This document shows positions 28,166 through 37,164 of a DNA stretch of 64,000 bases, piece after piece. Origin of the DNA: Spirochaetota bacterium. Lineage in GTDB: Bacteria; Spirochaetota; UBA4802; JAFGDQ01. Under the pieces are notes generated by a model that saw nothing but the letters and a program-made list of their open reading frames with translations, searched no databases and was not told where the DNA came from. Both the position numbers and the translations under genes were made by a program. Numbering within the stretch: position 1 is the first letter of the stretch; each line of letters starts with the position of its first letter. The stretch is taken from contig JAFGSG010000055.1 in the NCBI GenBank assembly GCA_016934735.1, positions 2,111 to 66,110 of the forward strand, written 5' to 3'.

Positions 28166-29920
28166 TTAAAATTTAATCGAAAGGATTGTAAAATCGTCTA
28201 TTACTTCATCGTCGAGATCAATTTTTTCCAGTTCGTTTTTATAAGTGCCGATAAATTCAGAAGGATGATAGTCAAGCTTGTCAATTGCTTTTTGAATCAG
28301 CGTATTTTCCCCTTTTTCAATATCACCGCTTCCCAGATATTCCAGAACGCCGTCTGTAAATAGAAGTACAACATCGCCGTGTTCAAAAATAGCAGCTCTT
28401 TCCTCGTATCTGGAATCCAGTTTCAATCCAAGGGCTTTGCCGTCAGCGTTCAGCTTTTCGACTGATTTGGTTTTTGCTCTGATCAATATCTGGTCGTTAT
28501 GCCCTGCGTTCCCATAATAGAGCAGATTATTGTGCGGGTCAATAAGCATGTAAAATGCTGTTACAAACATTCCGTGTTCAGAGTCCTGGTAAATATATTG
28601 ATTAGCGGTTGTTAAAAGCCGCCCGGGCTGATTGTTAAATCTGGTTTCCGCTCTGAGTATATTTCTTGCAGTACCCATGAAAAGCGCTGCAGGTATTCCT
28701 TTGCCCGACACGTCAGCTACGAGAACGGCGTATTTGTTGTCGTCGAATTTGAAGAGATCGTAGAAGTCTCCTCCGATTTCTTTTGCGGGCTTGTTGAATG
28801 CTCCGACTTCGTGCCCCGCTACATTTAAAGGAATTACGGGGAGGATTTTTCTTTGGATTTCCGCGGCAATATTAATTTCCTGCGATAACCTTTTCTGCGA
28901 CTTGATTTTTTTCTGATATATGAGTTCCTGATATATTCCGGCTATGCTTGTGCCTATGGTAGATATCACCTGATGATCGAATGATGTGAAGTCGAGACCG
29001 TTTTTTTTGTCCGCTAAATTTAGGACTCCTATTATTTCATTTTTTAATCTTATTGGTGTTGAAATAAACGCCCCTGTTTTATAAAAGCGTTCCCGTTTTT
29101 CATAAGGGAATGTCACTTCATTTCCGATATCGGAGACAATTAATGTGTTCCCGCTTTCCTTGACAAATCCTGATATGGAATCGCCTGTGTTTATTTCTAT
29201 TTGGTCCGCTATGTAATCCGGCAAGCCGTAAGATGCCGTTAATATAAATTTTTGTCTGGAGTTATCATAAAAAAGAATTGAAGCTTTTTCCACTTCAAGG
29301 GATTCGGCCAGCGAAATAATTATTTTTTTAAAAATGCTTTCGTCCGGGTCAGCAAAAGATATTGACTGAGAAATGTCGTAAAGGGCGGTCAGCTCTTTTA
29401 TTCTGCTTGTCAGGTCATCGTACAGCATTCGGTTAAAGATTGCGATTGCAGCATGTTCAGCAATATATGAAAGCAGTTCCTGGTCCCAGTCGGAAAAGCC
29501 TTCCCTGTCTACAGCGTTTACGGCCTCCAGAACACCAAGGAGTTTTCCCTGCATCTCCATGGGCACGCATAGAATGCTTTTCGTGGTAAAGCTGAATTTT
29601 TTATCAATTTCATCGAAGTGCCTGGGGTCGTTTCTGACGTCGTTAACTATCAGCGGTTTTCCGGTCTCCGCCACTGTGCCTGCAATACCGGATCCCTTTG
29701 GGACTTTTTCGCCCATTATTTCTTTTTTCCCGCCGCTCACAATATTAAAGATTAAATCTCCGGATTTGGGATCAGTAAGCAGAAGTGAAGATGCTTCCGC
29801 GTTTACAATGTCTTTCGCGACATCAAGGATAACCGTTAATAGTTCCGGCAGTTCCATTGATGAGTTAATCTTTTTATTCACAATGCTGATCTGCGACAGG
29901 TTTATGGTTTTTTTATCGAT
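28166..29920 (-). CDS. GAF-GAF-PP2C (SpoIIE/RsbU-like) phosphatase
   Basis: Two GAF domains, IGGDFYD, ADVSGKGIPAAL, NAGH, FTDG and DDFT. Start is GTG 29881 or ATC 29920. Confidence 0.92.
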   Translation of the reverse strand: MDKKTINLSQISIVNKKINSSMELPELLTVILDVAKDIVNAEASSLLLTDPKSGDLIFNIVSGGKKEIMGEKVPKGSGIAGTVAETGKPLIVNDVRNDPRHFDEIDKKFSFTTKSILCVPMEMQGKLLGVLEAVNAVDREGFSDWDQELLSYIAEHAAIAIFNRMLYDDLTSRIKELTALYDISQSISFADPDESIFKKIIISLAESLEVEKASILFYDNSRQKFILTASYGLPDYIADQIEINTGDSISGFVKESGNTLIVSDIGNEVTFPYEKRERFYKTGAFISTPIRLKNEIIGVLNLADKKNGLDFTSFDHQVISTIGTSIAGIYQELIYQKKIKSQKRLSQEINIAAEIQRKILPVIPLNVAGHEVGAFNKPAKEIGGDFYDLFKFDDNKYAVLVADVSGKGIPAALFMGTARNILRAETRFNNQPGRLLTTANQYIYQDSEHGMFVTAFYMLIDPHNNLLYYGNAGHNDQILIRAKTKSVEKLNADGKALGLKLDSRYEERAAIFEHGDVVLLFTDGVLEYLGSGDIEKGENTLIQKAIDKLDYHPSEFIGTYKNELEKIDLDDEVIDDFTILSIKF

Positions 29921-30221
29921 TGGCCGTCTCCTGAAAAAAATATATTGCTTTCCTGATAAAATAACAGCGATAATTTATATAAGATGCGTCCCAAATTTAT
30001 ATTTTGAATTATAAAACAATTTATTTGCAATGATTCCTTATGATATGTCCGAAGACCTTTAATCTTTTAAACAGGATTTTGGGGCACACCCTTAGTAAAA
30101 ATTATAAGTACTTGGCAATATGCTGCAAATAGACATATTGTAGCACAATGATTAAAAATTTATATTATAAAATTCAGGTATTATCCTGCAGTTATATATT
30201 TTTAGCAAGGGAAAAATAAGT

Positions 30222-31244
30222 ATGTATTATATTATTTACCAGACAGCTTTTATTGGAGATATAATTTTATCTTCTTCAATGATAAACACAATTAAGCATG
30301 CTGATCCGAAAAGCAAGATTATTTTTGTCACTACTCCCATCGGTGAGTCAATTCTGCATAACGATATGTGTATTGATAAAATTATAGTATATGATAAAAA
30401 AAAGCTCGATAAAGGCCTGTCCGGATTACTTAAAAAAGCAAAAGAAATACGTAAAATTACGCATGGGGAACGTTCAATTTTTATTTCTCCTCACCGTTTT
30501 TTAAGGGCTGCTCTTATGGCTTTATTATCCGGATCAGGGATCAGGGCCGGATTTAAAGGATCGGTTTTTTCTTTTTTATACAACAGACGCGTGCGTTATC
30601 AATTCGGTATTCACGAGATAATTAGAAATTTTAAACTGTTAAGGGCGGTTTTCGATCACAGTTTTAATCTGAAACCTGAAAGGCCGAGGCTCTACTTCTC
30701 TGAATACGACTTGGAAAAAGTTAAAAAGAAGATATTCAATATATTTCATCCTGATGATATAATTGTATCGATTGCTCCCGGGTCTGTGTGGCCTACAAAA
30801 AGATGGCCAGCCGAATATTTTACTAATGTTATTCACACTCTTGATAAGGCCGGCATCAAGGTACTCCTTGTAGGCGGTGAGAACGACCGGAAGCTTTGCG
30901 AATCTCTTGAGCGCGGGAACACATTAAATCTTGCCGGAGAGCTTTCTTTGCCAGAGTCCGCTGCTGCGATCGGCATGTCACGCGCGCTTGTATCCAATGA
31001 CTCCGCGCCTCTGCACATTGCATCTGCAGTGAACACGCCCACTGTTGCGATATTCGGTGCTACAACGTCGCATCTCGGCTTCGGCCCGCTCGCGGAAGGC
31101 TCTGTAGTGCTCGAGAATAATGAACTGGAATGCAGGCCGTGCGGGAGGCACGGGGGTGAAAGATGTGCGAAGAAGCATTTTGCGTGCATGAATAGCATTA
31201 CATCCGGGAGCGTAATTGACGCTCTGATGAAAATAATCAAATGA
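30222..31244 (+). CDS. Glycosyltransferase family 9 (LPS heptosyltransferase-like)
   Basis: AFIGDIIL, APGSVWPTKRWP, SNDSAPLHIASA and IFGAT. Confidence 0.92.
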   Translation: MYYIIYQTAFIGDIILSSSMINTIKHADPKSKIIFVTTPIGESILHNDMCIDKIIVYDKKKLDKGLSGLLKKAKEIRKITHGERSIFISPHRFLRAALMALLSGSGIRAGFKGSVFSFLYNRRVRYQFGIHEIIRNFKLLRAVFDHSFNLKPERPRLYFSEYDLEKVKKKIFNIFHPDDIIVSIAPGSVWPTKRWPAEYFTNVIHTLDKAGIKVLLVGGENDRKLCESLERGNTLNLAGELSLPESAAAIGMSRALVSNDSAPLHIASAVNTPTVAIFGATTSHLGFGPLAEGSVVLENNELECRPCGRHGGERCAKKHFACMNSITSGSVIDALMKIIK

Positions 31245-31262
31245 ATCAGATGAATCCTTGTT

Positions 31263-33635
31263 CTAATTTTTGTCTAAAACTGTACGGACTTTAAAAGATA
31301 ATTCCTGAGTTGTAAAAGGCTTGCTTATAAAATTTATTCCCTGTTCAAGCATGCCCTGCTTATCTATGATTTCTGCCGTATAACCGGAATTATAAAGTAT
31401 TTTTAATTCAGGGCGCATAAGCAGCAACCTTTCGGCGGTTACCCGTCCGTTTATTCCAGGTAGAATAACATCGGTCATGAGCATATGAATCTTATCCTTA
31501 TAATTTTCGGCAATTATCAAAGCTTCTTCGCCGCTTGCAGCTGTCAGTACTTTGTATCCTAATCGTGTTAGAATTTCACGGCTGAATTCAAGTACCTGAG
31601 CTTTATCTTCGGTAATCAGGATTGTTTCCGTACCTGTAGGCATGTCAGGTTTTGTTTGAGGTTTTAGTGCCTGTGATGCAATCTGTAATGAACGGGGGAA
31701 ATATAGTTTAAATACAGTACCCCGGCCTGTTTCAGAGTAAACTTCTATTGTACCAATATTCTGTTTTACAATTCCGTATACTGTGGCCAGCCCCAATCCG
31801 GTACCGCGGCCCTTTTCCTTTGTTGTAAAAAACGGTTCAAAAATATGATCAAGTATATCTTTGCTCATTCCTGTCCCGGTGTCTGTAATTGACATCATTA
31901 CATAATCGCCTGGCAATAAATCGGCATGTTCACTGCAGTAATTTTCGTTAAAATAGACATTTGCTGTCTCGATCACAAGTTCGCCGCCGTCAGGCATGGC
32001 ATCGCGGGCGTTAGCCGCTAGATTAATAATGATTTGTTCAATTTGTCCCGGATCAGCTTTTATCGTAAACAGATCATGACGCGGAACAATATTCAGTTTA
32101 ATATTCTCGCCGACCAGGGTTAGAATCATTTTATGAACGCGTTCGATTATGCTGTTCAGATTAATAATTTCAGGTTCAATAACCTGTTTACGCGAAAAAG
32201 CCAGAAGCTGCTTAGTAAGGTTTACCGCGCCCTGTGCGGCTTTCATTACTACTGATAATTGTGAATAGAGTTTTCCTGCGGGATCGAGCTGATGCATAGT
32301 CAGCTCTGTGTATCCCAAAATAGCTGTAAGCAGATTATTAAAATCGTGAGCTATGCCGCCTGCCAGCCTGCCAATTGATTCTATTGTCTGGGAATGTAAT
32401 AGCATTTCCTCCAGGCGGGTCCTTTCGGTTTCCATTTTTTTCCACTCTGTTATATCGCTGAAAACACCTTCAATTCCGATTATGGTGCCGTTCCTGTCAT
32501 AGTAGAACTGGCTGTTGGTTAAAACATTGACCGGTTTTCCGTTATCCTGACGCTTAAGCGTGACTTCAAAACGAGTCAATTTCCCCTTGTCATTCATTGC
32601 TTTTAGAAATTTTTCCCTGTCTTCGGGGTGATAATAAAAGTCTTTGCCGATGTTCATACCTATCACTGAATCCAGTGAACGACAGCCGAGTATGCGGATT
32701 GCGGATGGACTGGCGAAAGTGATAATGCCGTTTAAATTGCAGCGGTAAACTGCATCATGCATGTTATCAATAAGAGTACGATATTTTTCTTCGTTTTCTC
32801 TAAGCGATTCCTCCGTTTTTTTACGTTCTGTAATATCGGTAAACATGCCAAATGATCCCATGAAACGATTCTGCGCATCCAGCAGCGGTGTTGCGGAAAT
32901 AATTGTCCAGATAGGACTGCCGTCTTTGCTCCTCATCCGGCATTCATATCGTTCCGAGTGTCCCCTTATCCTCATAATAATTTTCGCCTTATAATCAGGG
33001 ATATCTTCATTGAAAAGAAAAAAGAGATAGGGTTTTCCTATGATTTCTTCCGGTTGATATCCGAGCATGTCTGCCATCCGATTATTGACAAAATCAACGA
33101 CATGCCTTTCATTTACGCTCATAATTCCTTCATTGGAGGTATTAACGATACGGCGGTACTTTCGTTCATTTTCCTGTAATGCCTCCTCGGAACGTTTCCG
33201 TTCCGAGATATCATGAAAGAAAACCGACATACGGTTCTGCCCTGTCTGAAAAGCATAAATTTCGTATGCCCCTATAATTTTTCCATCAGAATAATTGACA
33301 TGATCTTCATGCAACTCCCTCCCGTTTGCCGCCACACGCTTGTATTTAGCAGGGATGTCCGTGTAGCCGAGCGAAGGGAATGCCGCTTCAATTGAGTTGC
33401 CTATCAGTAAAGAATGGTCAATTCCGAGTATCGCATCCGCGGATTTATTGGCCCCGACTAATATCAGCCGGCCGTCCGCGAATAATTCATAGGAGTGGGC
33501 GCCGAAAGGAGAGTTATCGATGATAGCACGCATGCGTTCTTCGCTTTTACGCAAAGCTTCGATTGCCGCGTCCTTTCGCGTTTCCGCATTTTTTTCTCTT
33601 TCGCTGACCGGATTTTTGTTTTGCTGCATTGGCAT
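31263..33635 (-). CDS. PAS-domain hybrid sensor histidine kinase / response regulator
   Basis: Three PAS/PAC repeats, GIAHDFNNLL H-box, NARDAM, FFTTK..GRGTGLGL and a C-terminal receiver (TDVILP, KPF). Confidence 0.95.
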   Translation of the reverse strand: MPMQQNKNPVSEREKNAETRKDAAIEALRKSEERMRAIIDNSPFGAHSYELFADGRLILVGANKSADAILGIDHSLLIGNSIEAAFPSLGYTDIPAKYKRVAANGRELHEDHVNYSDGKIIGAYEIYAFQTGQNRMSVFFHDISERKRSEEALQENERKYRRIVNTSNEGIMSVNERHVVDFVNNRMADMLGYQPEEIIGKPYLFFLFNEDIPDYKAKIIMRIRGHSERYECRMRSKDGSPIWTIISATPLLDAQNRFMGSFGMFTDITERKKTEESLRENEEKYRTLIDNMHDAVYRCNLNGIITFASPSAIRILGCRSLDSVIGMNIGKDFYYHPEDREKFLKAMNDKGKLTRFEVTLKRQDNGKPVNVLTNSQFYYDRNGTIIGIEGVFSDITEWKKMETERTRLEEMLLHSQTIESIGRLAGGIAHDFNNLLTAILGYTELTMHQLDPAGKLYSQLSVVMKAAQGAVNLTKQLLAFSRKQVIEPEIINLNSIIERVHKMILTLVGENIKLNIVPRHDLFTIKADPGQIEQIIINLAANARDAMPDGGELVIETANVYFNENYCSEHADLLPGDYVMMSITDTGTGMSKDILDHIFEPFFTTKEKGRGTGLGLATVYGIVKQNIGTIEVYSETGRGTVFKLYFPRSLQIASQALKPQTKPDMPTGTETILITEDKAQVLEFSREILTRLGYKVLTAASGEEALIIAENYKDKIHMLMTDVILPGINGRVTAERLLLMRPELKILYNSGYTAEIIDKQGMLEQGINFISKPFTTQELSFKVRTVLDKN

Positions 33636-33726
33636 GATCCATTTGTTAATGATATGGCAGAATGAAAGTAAAACGTGTCATAATTATAAATCGCTTCAGC
33701 CGGAATGTAAATAAAAAATAATAATA

Positions 33727-33932
33727 TATCTGAAAAGGCAGAAGAGCTGATATATATTAAAATTGACCGTTCGTTTGTTAAAGACATAACATCTAATCCA
33801 AATGATCAGGTAATTGTAGAGGCAATCATTGCGATGTCCCGGATACTGGGCATCAGGAATATTGCGGAATGTGTTGAGACTGAAGAACAGTTAGATTTTT
33901 TGCTTAAGCAGAGATGTGATGAAATTCAGGTA
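33727..33932 (+). pseudogene. Remnant of the C-terminal half of an EAL phosphodiesterase domain
   Basis: Translates YIKIDRSFVKDI...IVEAIIAMSRILG...IAECVETEEQLDFL...CDEIQ. The N-terminal half of the domain and a suitable start are missing. The upstream YLKR lies in another frame. Confidence 0.8.
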
Positions 33933-33949
33933 ATTTTTTATAATATTTT

Positions 33950-33978
33950 TTGACAAAGCCTGACATTTTTTATATATT
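33950..33978 (+). promoter_or_regulatory. Sigma70-type promoter candidate
   Basis: TTGACA (33950-33955), 17 bp spacer, TATATT (33973-33978). Confidence 0.45.
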
Positions 33979-34321
33979 ATTACGACTGACTTCCTTCTGT
34001 GTGATCCGTATCTCTGAGCTAAGAAAAATTAGATAAAAGTATTACTGATATTATATGGAGAGAAATATAAGTTTAATCAAATTTTTATAATAATCATAGA
34101 TGTCAGTCCTATCATATCGGACTAGAAACAGCAATTAATATAACATGGATTGTAATTAGAACTCATCTCCTGAATTTTGTAATGTATTTTATTTTATTAT
34201 AAAAATATGTATTTTAAGATAAGTTATAGAAAATAGTAGATTACGATTTTCCGGAGCAGGCAAGAGGCATGATAATTATTAAAAAGTGTTTTAAATAAAT
34301 TTTATTTAATGAGGTAAAAAA

Positions 34322-35239
34322 GTGTATAAGCATAAATTTTTTAGTTTAAAAATTATTCTATTCACATTGTCGTTAACAATGTTTCAATGCGATTGTAAAA
34401 ATACTGATAATCTTGAATCGCAGGGAACTGTGCCGGATGCGCAGATCATAGCGGATCATACTGTGGTTGATCTATATGATGATATACCTCAGGTGTGGAT
34501 TGATGAAGGAAAAAAGATGTGGCTTGTGATAGCCGGCGAATCGCATTCGGCGGCATACCGGACTGGGTTATTAAATCTTGAAGGAAGTTATCCCACTTAT
34601 GTAGTTAATGTTACAGACTCGGGAACTCCAGAAGCATACACAACCTCGCACCTAAGGGTGAGTCGAGGGACATGGGGTGATAATAGTCATGAAACCGGGT
34701 GGATATATTCATACGGCGAGGAAGATTGGTTCACCGGTTCAAATGCGGTCAGCAGAACAAAAGCCGGCATTTCCTATTGCCATGCGAATAATTTAACGAT
34801 CAGCGCTTTTGGATTAGGATGGTGTTGGGATAATGGTATTGATGCAGATGAGATGATTAATTATTTAACAGCGACTGTGGATTATATGGATTACTGTACA
34901 GCCAGCAACATTCCGACAAAGATAATTTTTACAACGGGGCCTGTTGACGGTTATTCAGGAGAGGGTGCCTATAATAATTATCTCAGATGGCAGGCAGTCA
35001 GGGATTATATTGCTGCTATTCCTGAGGCTATATTATTTGACTATGCAGATATATTGTGTTACGACAATGGAGCAACCGACCCTAATACAATTACCTGGAA
35101 TGGCCATACATTTCCTACTATTACAGCAAATAATGAAGAACCCGAACAAACTGGGCATATCACAAATGCGGGTGCTTTACGGTTAGCTAAAGCAATGTGG
35201 TGGATGCTCGCTAGGATGGCTGGCTGGGACGGCAATTAG
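34322..35239 (+). CDS. Hypothetical lipoprotein (possible SGNH-like hydrolase)
   Basis: GTG start with GAGGT SD and a signal ending LTMFQC. GESHS, LFDYADIL and GHI are weakly SGNH-like. Confidence 0.65.
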   Translation: MYKHKFFSLKIILFTLSLTMFQCDCKNTDNLESQGTVPDAQIIADHTVVDLYDDIPQVWIDEGKKMWLVIAGESHSAAYRTGLLNLEGSYPTYVVNVTDSGTPEAYTTSHLRVSRGTWGDNSHETGWIYSYGEEDWFTGSNAVSRTKAGISYCHANNLTISAFGLGWCWDNGIDADEMINYLTATVDYMDYCTASNIPTKIIFTTGPVDGYSGEGAYNNYLRWQAVRDYIAAIPEAILFDYADILCYDNGATDPNTITWNGHTFPTITANNEEPEQTGHITNAGALRLAKAMWWMLARMAGWDGN

Positions 35240-35287
35240 AAGAAGTGAATTTACAATAATCGTAAAGCTTCGGTAGCAAACTTATAT

Positions 35288-35317
35288 AAAAAAACCGCCT
35301 TTTAGGGCGGTTTTTTT
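35288..35317. terminator. Intrinsic terminator
   Basis: AAAAAAACCGCC-ttttag-GGCGGTTTTTTT. Confidence 0.88.
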
Positions 35318-35340
35318 ATGTGCAAAATATGTTTTTTTAC

Positions 35341-35394
35341 TTGACAATTATGTCACATTGTATTATTGAGTGGGGAATCGTGGTGATTTGTGTT
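35341..35394 (+). promoter_or_regulatory. dcw promoter region with MraZ-binding direct repeats
   Basis: TTGACA at 35341. GTGGG (35370), GTGGT (35380) and GTGTT (35390) recur at 10-bp period directly upstream of mraZ. Confidence 0.7.
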
Positions 35395-35433
35395 GATTAT
35401 TCCCTTAAAATGGTACAGTGAGGCAGATTATCG

Positions 35434-35871
35434 ATGTTTATTGGTGAATATCATCCCAGTCTGGACGAAAAGGGCAGAGTGGCCATACCCGCCCGTCTCA
35501 GAAAGGCTTTCGGAGAAGACGCTGTTATCACCAGACTGATAATCGCCCCGAGTTTCGATAAATGCATAATCGCTTTCCGTGAATCTGAATGGAAAGATTT
35601 TGTACAGAATAAGCTGATAGTGCTTTCGCAGGGTGAGCAGAAAAACCGTATGAAGATGCGGTTTCTTCTGGGCGGCGCTGCTGAGTGCGATCTCGATAAA
35701 CAGGGCAGAATCATCATACCTGCCAATCTTCTTGAATATGCACAAATAAACGGAGATGTAACTATTCTTGGTGTATATGATAAAATAGAAATCTGGAGTT
35801 CAAAGATATACTGCGAACATAAACCGGACACGGACACATTGAATATGTTCGCAAAAGATTTAAGCTTTTAA
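35434..35871 (+). CDS. mraZ: Division/cell wall cluster transcriptional repressor MraZ
   Basis: MF.GEY...LDEKGRV.IP, DKQGRI.IP and IEIW. Confidence 0.97.
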   Translation: MFIGEYHPSLDEKGRVAIPARLRKAFGEDAVITRLIIAPSFDKCIIAFRESEWKDFVQNKLIVLSQGEQKNRMKMRFLLGGAAECDLDKQGRIIIPANLLEYAQINGDVTILGVYDKIEIWSSKIYCEHKPDTDTLNMFAKDLSF

Positions 35872-35912
35872 CTTCCGGGAATTTTTCCCGGTTTTGTTTT
35901 AATAAATATTGC

Positions 35913-36893
35913 ATGACGGCTTTACATGAAATTATGAGACATAATGTCGAAGATGATAAAATCGTACACAAGCCGGTCATGTGGAAGGAGGTTTTAAAAT
36001 TCGCAGGCAAGGTACAGGAAGCCGGCGATAATATTTTTGCAGACTGTACACTGGGCGAGGGCGGGCACAGCAAACTTCTGCTTGAGACATATAAGGATTT
36101 AAGGATAATCGCCTTTGAAAGAGACCCGGAAATACTGGAGATTGCGAAGAGAAGATTAGAGGAATATTCCGGCAGAATAGAATTTATCAATGACAATTTT
36201 GCGGATATAGAAGGATACCTGGGCACAAAAAAGCAAAAGTTAAGCGGGTTCCTGTACGATTTTGGGATTTCCTCATATCATTTTGAAAAAAGCGGGCGGG
36301 GTTTCAGCTTTACCGGGAATGAGCCGCTCGATATGAGACTGGATAAGCGAAAAGATCTTAATGCATATTATATAGCAAATAAATATCCTGAAAATAAGAT
36401 AAGGGAAATTTTCTGGGAATACGGGGAAGAGCGCTGGGCAAAACGGATCGCAAAAATTATTTGTGAAAGGAGAAAACTTAAATCCATTGAAACGTCAGAT
36501 GAACTCGCGGATATAGTTAAGAGTGCTATACCGGCGAAATTCAGAGTCAGGAATATTCATCCGGCTACAAGGGTGTTTCAGGCAATAAGAATAGAAGTAA
36601 ACGACGAGCTGAACTCGATCAGAAAATCGCTTAACGATGCGCATAAATATTTGGCGACAGGCGGAATGATAATTGCGATCTCGTTCCATTCACTTGAGGA
36701 CAGAATAGTCAAAGATCAGTTCAGGCGTCTGGCTAAAGGATGCGTATGTGGGTTGCCGCCTCAGCAATGTATGTGCGACGGTAAACCGCTAGTTGAAATA
36801 CTGACAAAGAAGCCGTTTACGCCGTCGGAAGAAGAACTTGAAGAGAACAGGCGTTCAAGGAGCGCTAAGCTCAGGGCGTGCAGGAAAGTGTAA
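35913..36893 (+). CDS. rsmH: 16S rRNA (cytosine1402-N4)-methyltransferase
   Basis: HKPVM, DCTLGEGGHS, RGFSF, PLDMR, HPATRVFQAIRIEVN, SFHSLEDR and RSAKLR. Confidence 0.97.
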   Translation: MTALHEIMRHNVEDDKIVHKPVMWKEVLKFAGKVQEAGDNIFADCTLGEGGHSKLLLETYKDLRIIAFERDPEILEIAKRRLEEYSGRIEFINDNFADIEGYLGTKKQKLSGFLYDFGISSYHFEKSGRGFSFTGNEPLDMRLDKRKDLNAYYIANKYPENKIREIFWEYGEERWAKRIAKIICERRKLKSIETSDELADIVKSAIPAKFRVRNIHPATRVFQAIRIEVNDELNSIRKSLNDAHKYLATGGMIIAISFHSLEDRIVKDQFRRLAKGCVCGLPPQQCMCDGKPLVEILTKKPFTPSEEELEENRRSRSAKLRACRKV

Positions 36894-37159
36894 GGAGGCT
36901 GGTTATTAAATATTTTATTACAGCATTACTGTGTATACTTTTCGTCATTATATATGTGTGGCAGAATGTTGAGGTTATGAAAATTAAAATTGATTATAGA
37001 AAAGCATTAAAAGAAGAAAGGCAGCTTATAAACATGAACGATAGATTAAGATACGAGATCGAGAGATACAGAAGAATGGAACTTATTGAAAAGTATGCAG
37101 CGGAAAACGGGATGAATGCCCTTTCTCCGTACGATTTTGTGACAATCAATATGGATTAG
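36878..37159 (+). CDS. ftsL: Cell division protein FtsL-like
   Basis: Short protein with one TM helix and a coiled coil, directly after rsmH. Confidence 0.75.
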   Translation: MQESVRRLVIKYFITALLCILFVIIYVWQNVEVMKIKIDYRKALKEERQLINMNDRLRYEIERYRRMELIEKYAAENGMNALSPYDFVTINMD

Positions 37160-37164
37160 AAAGC

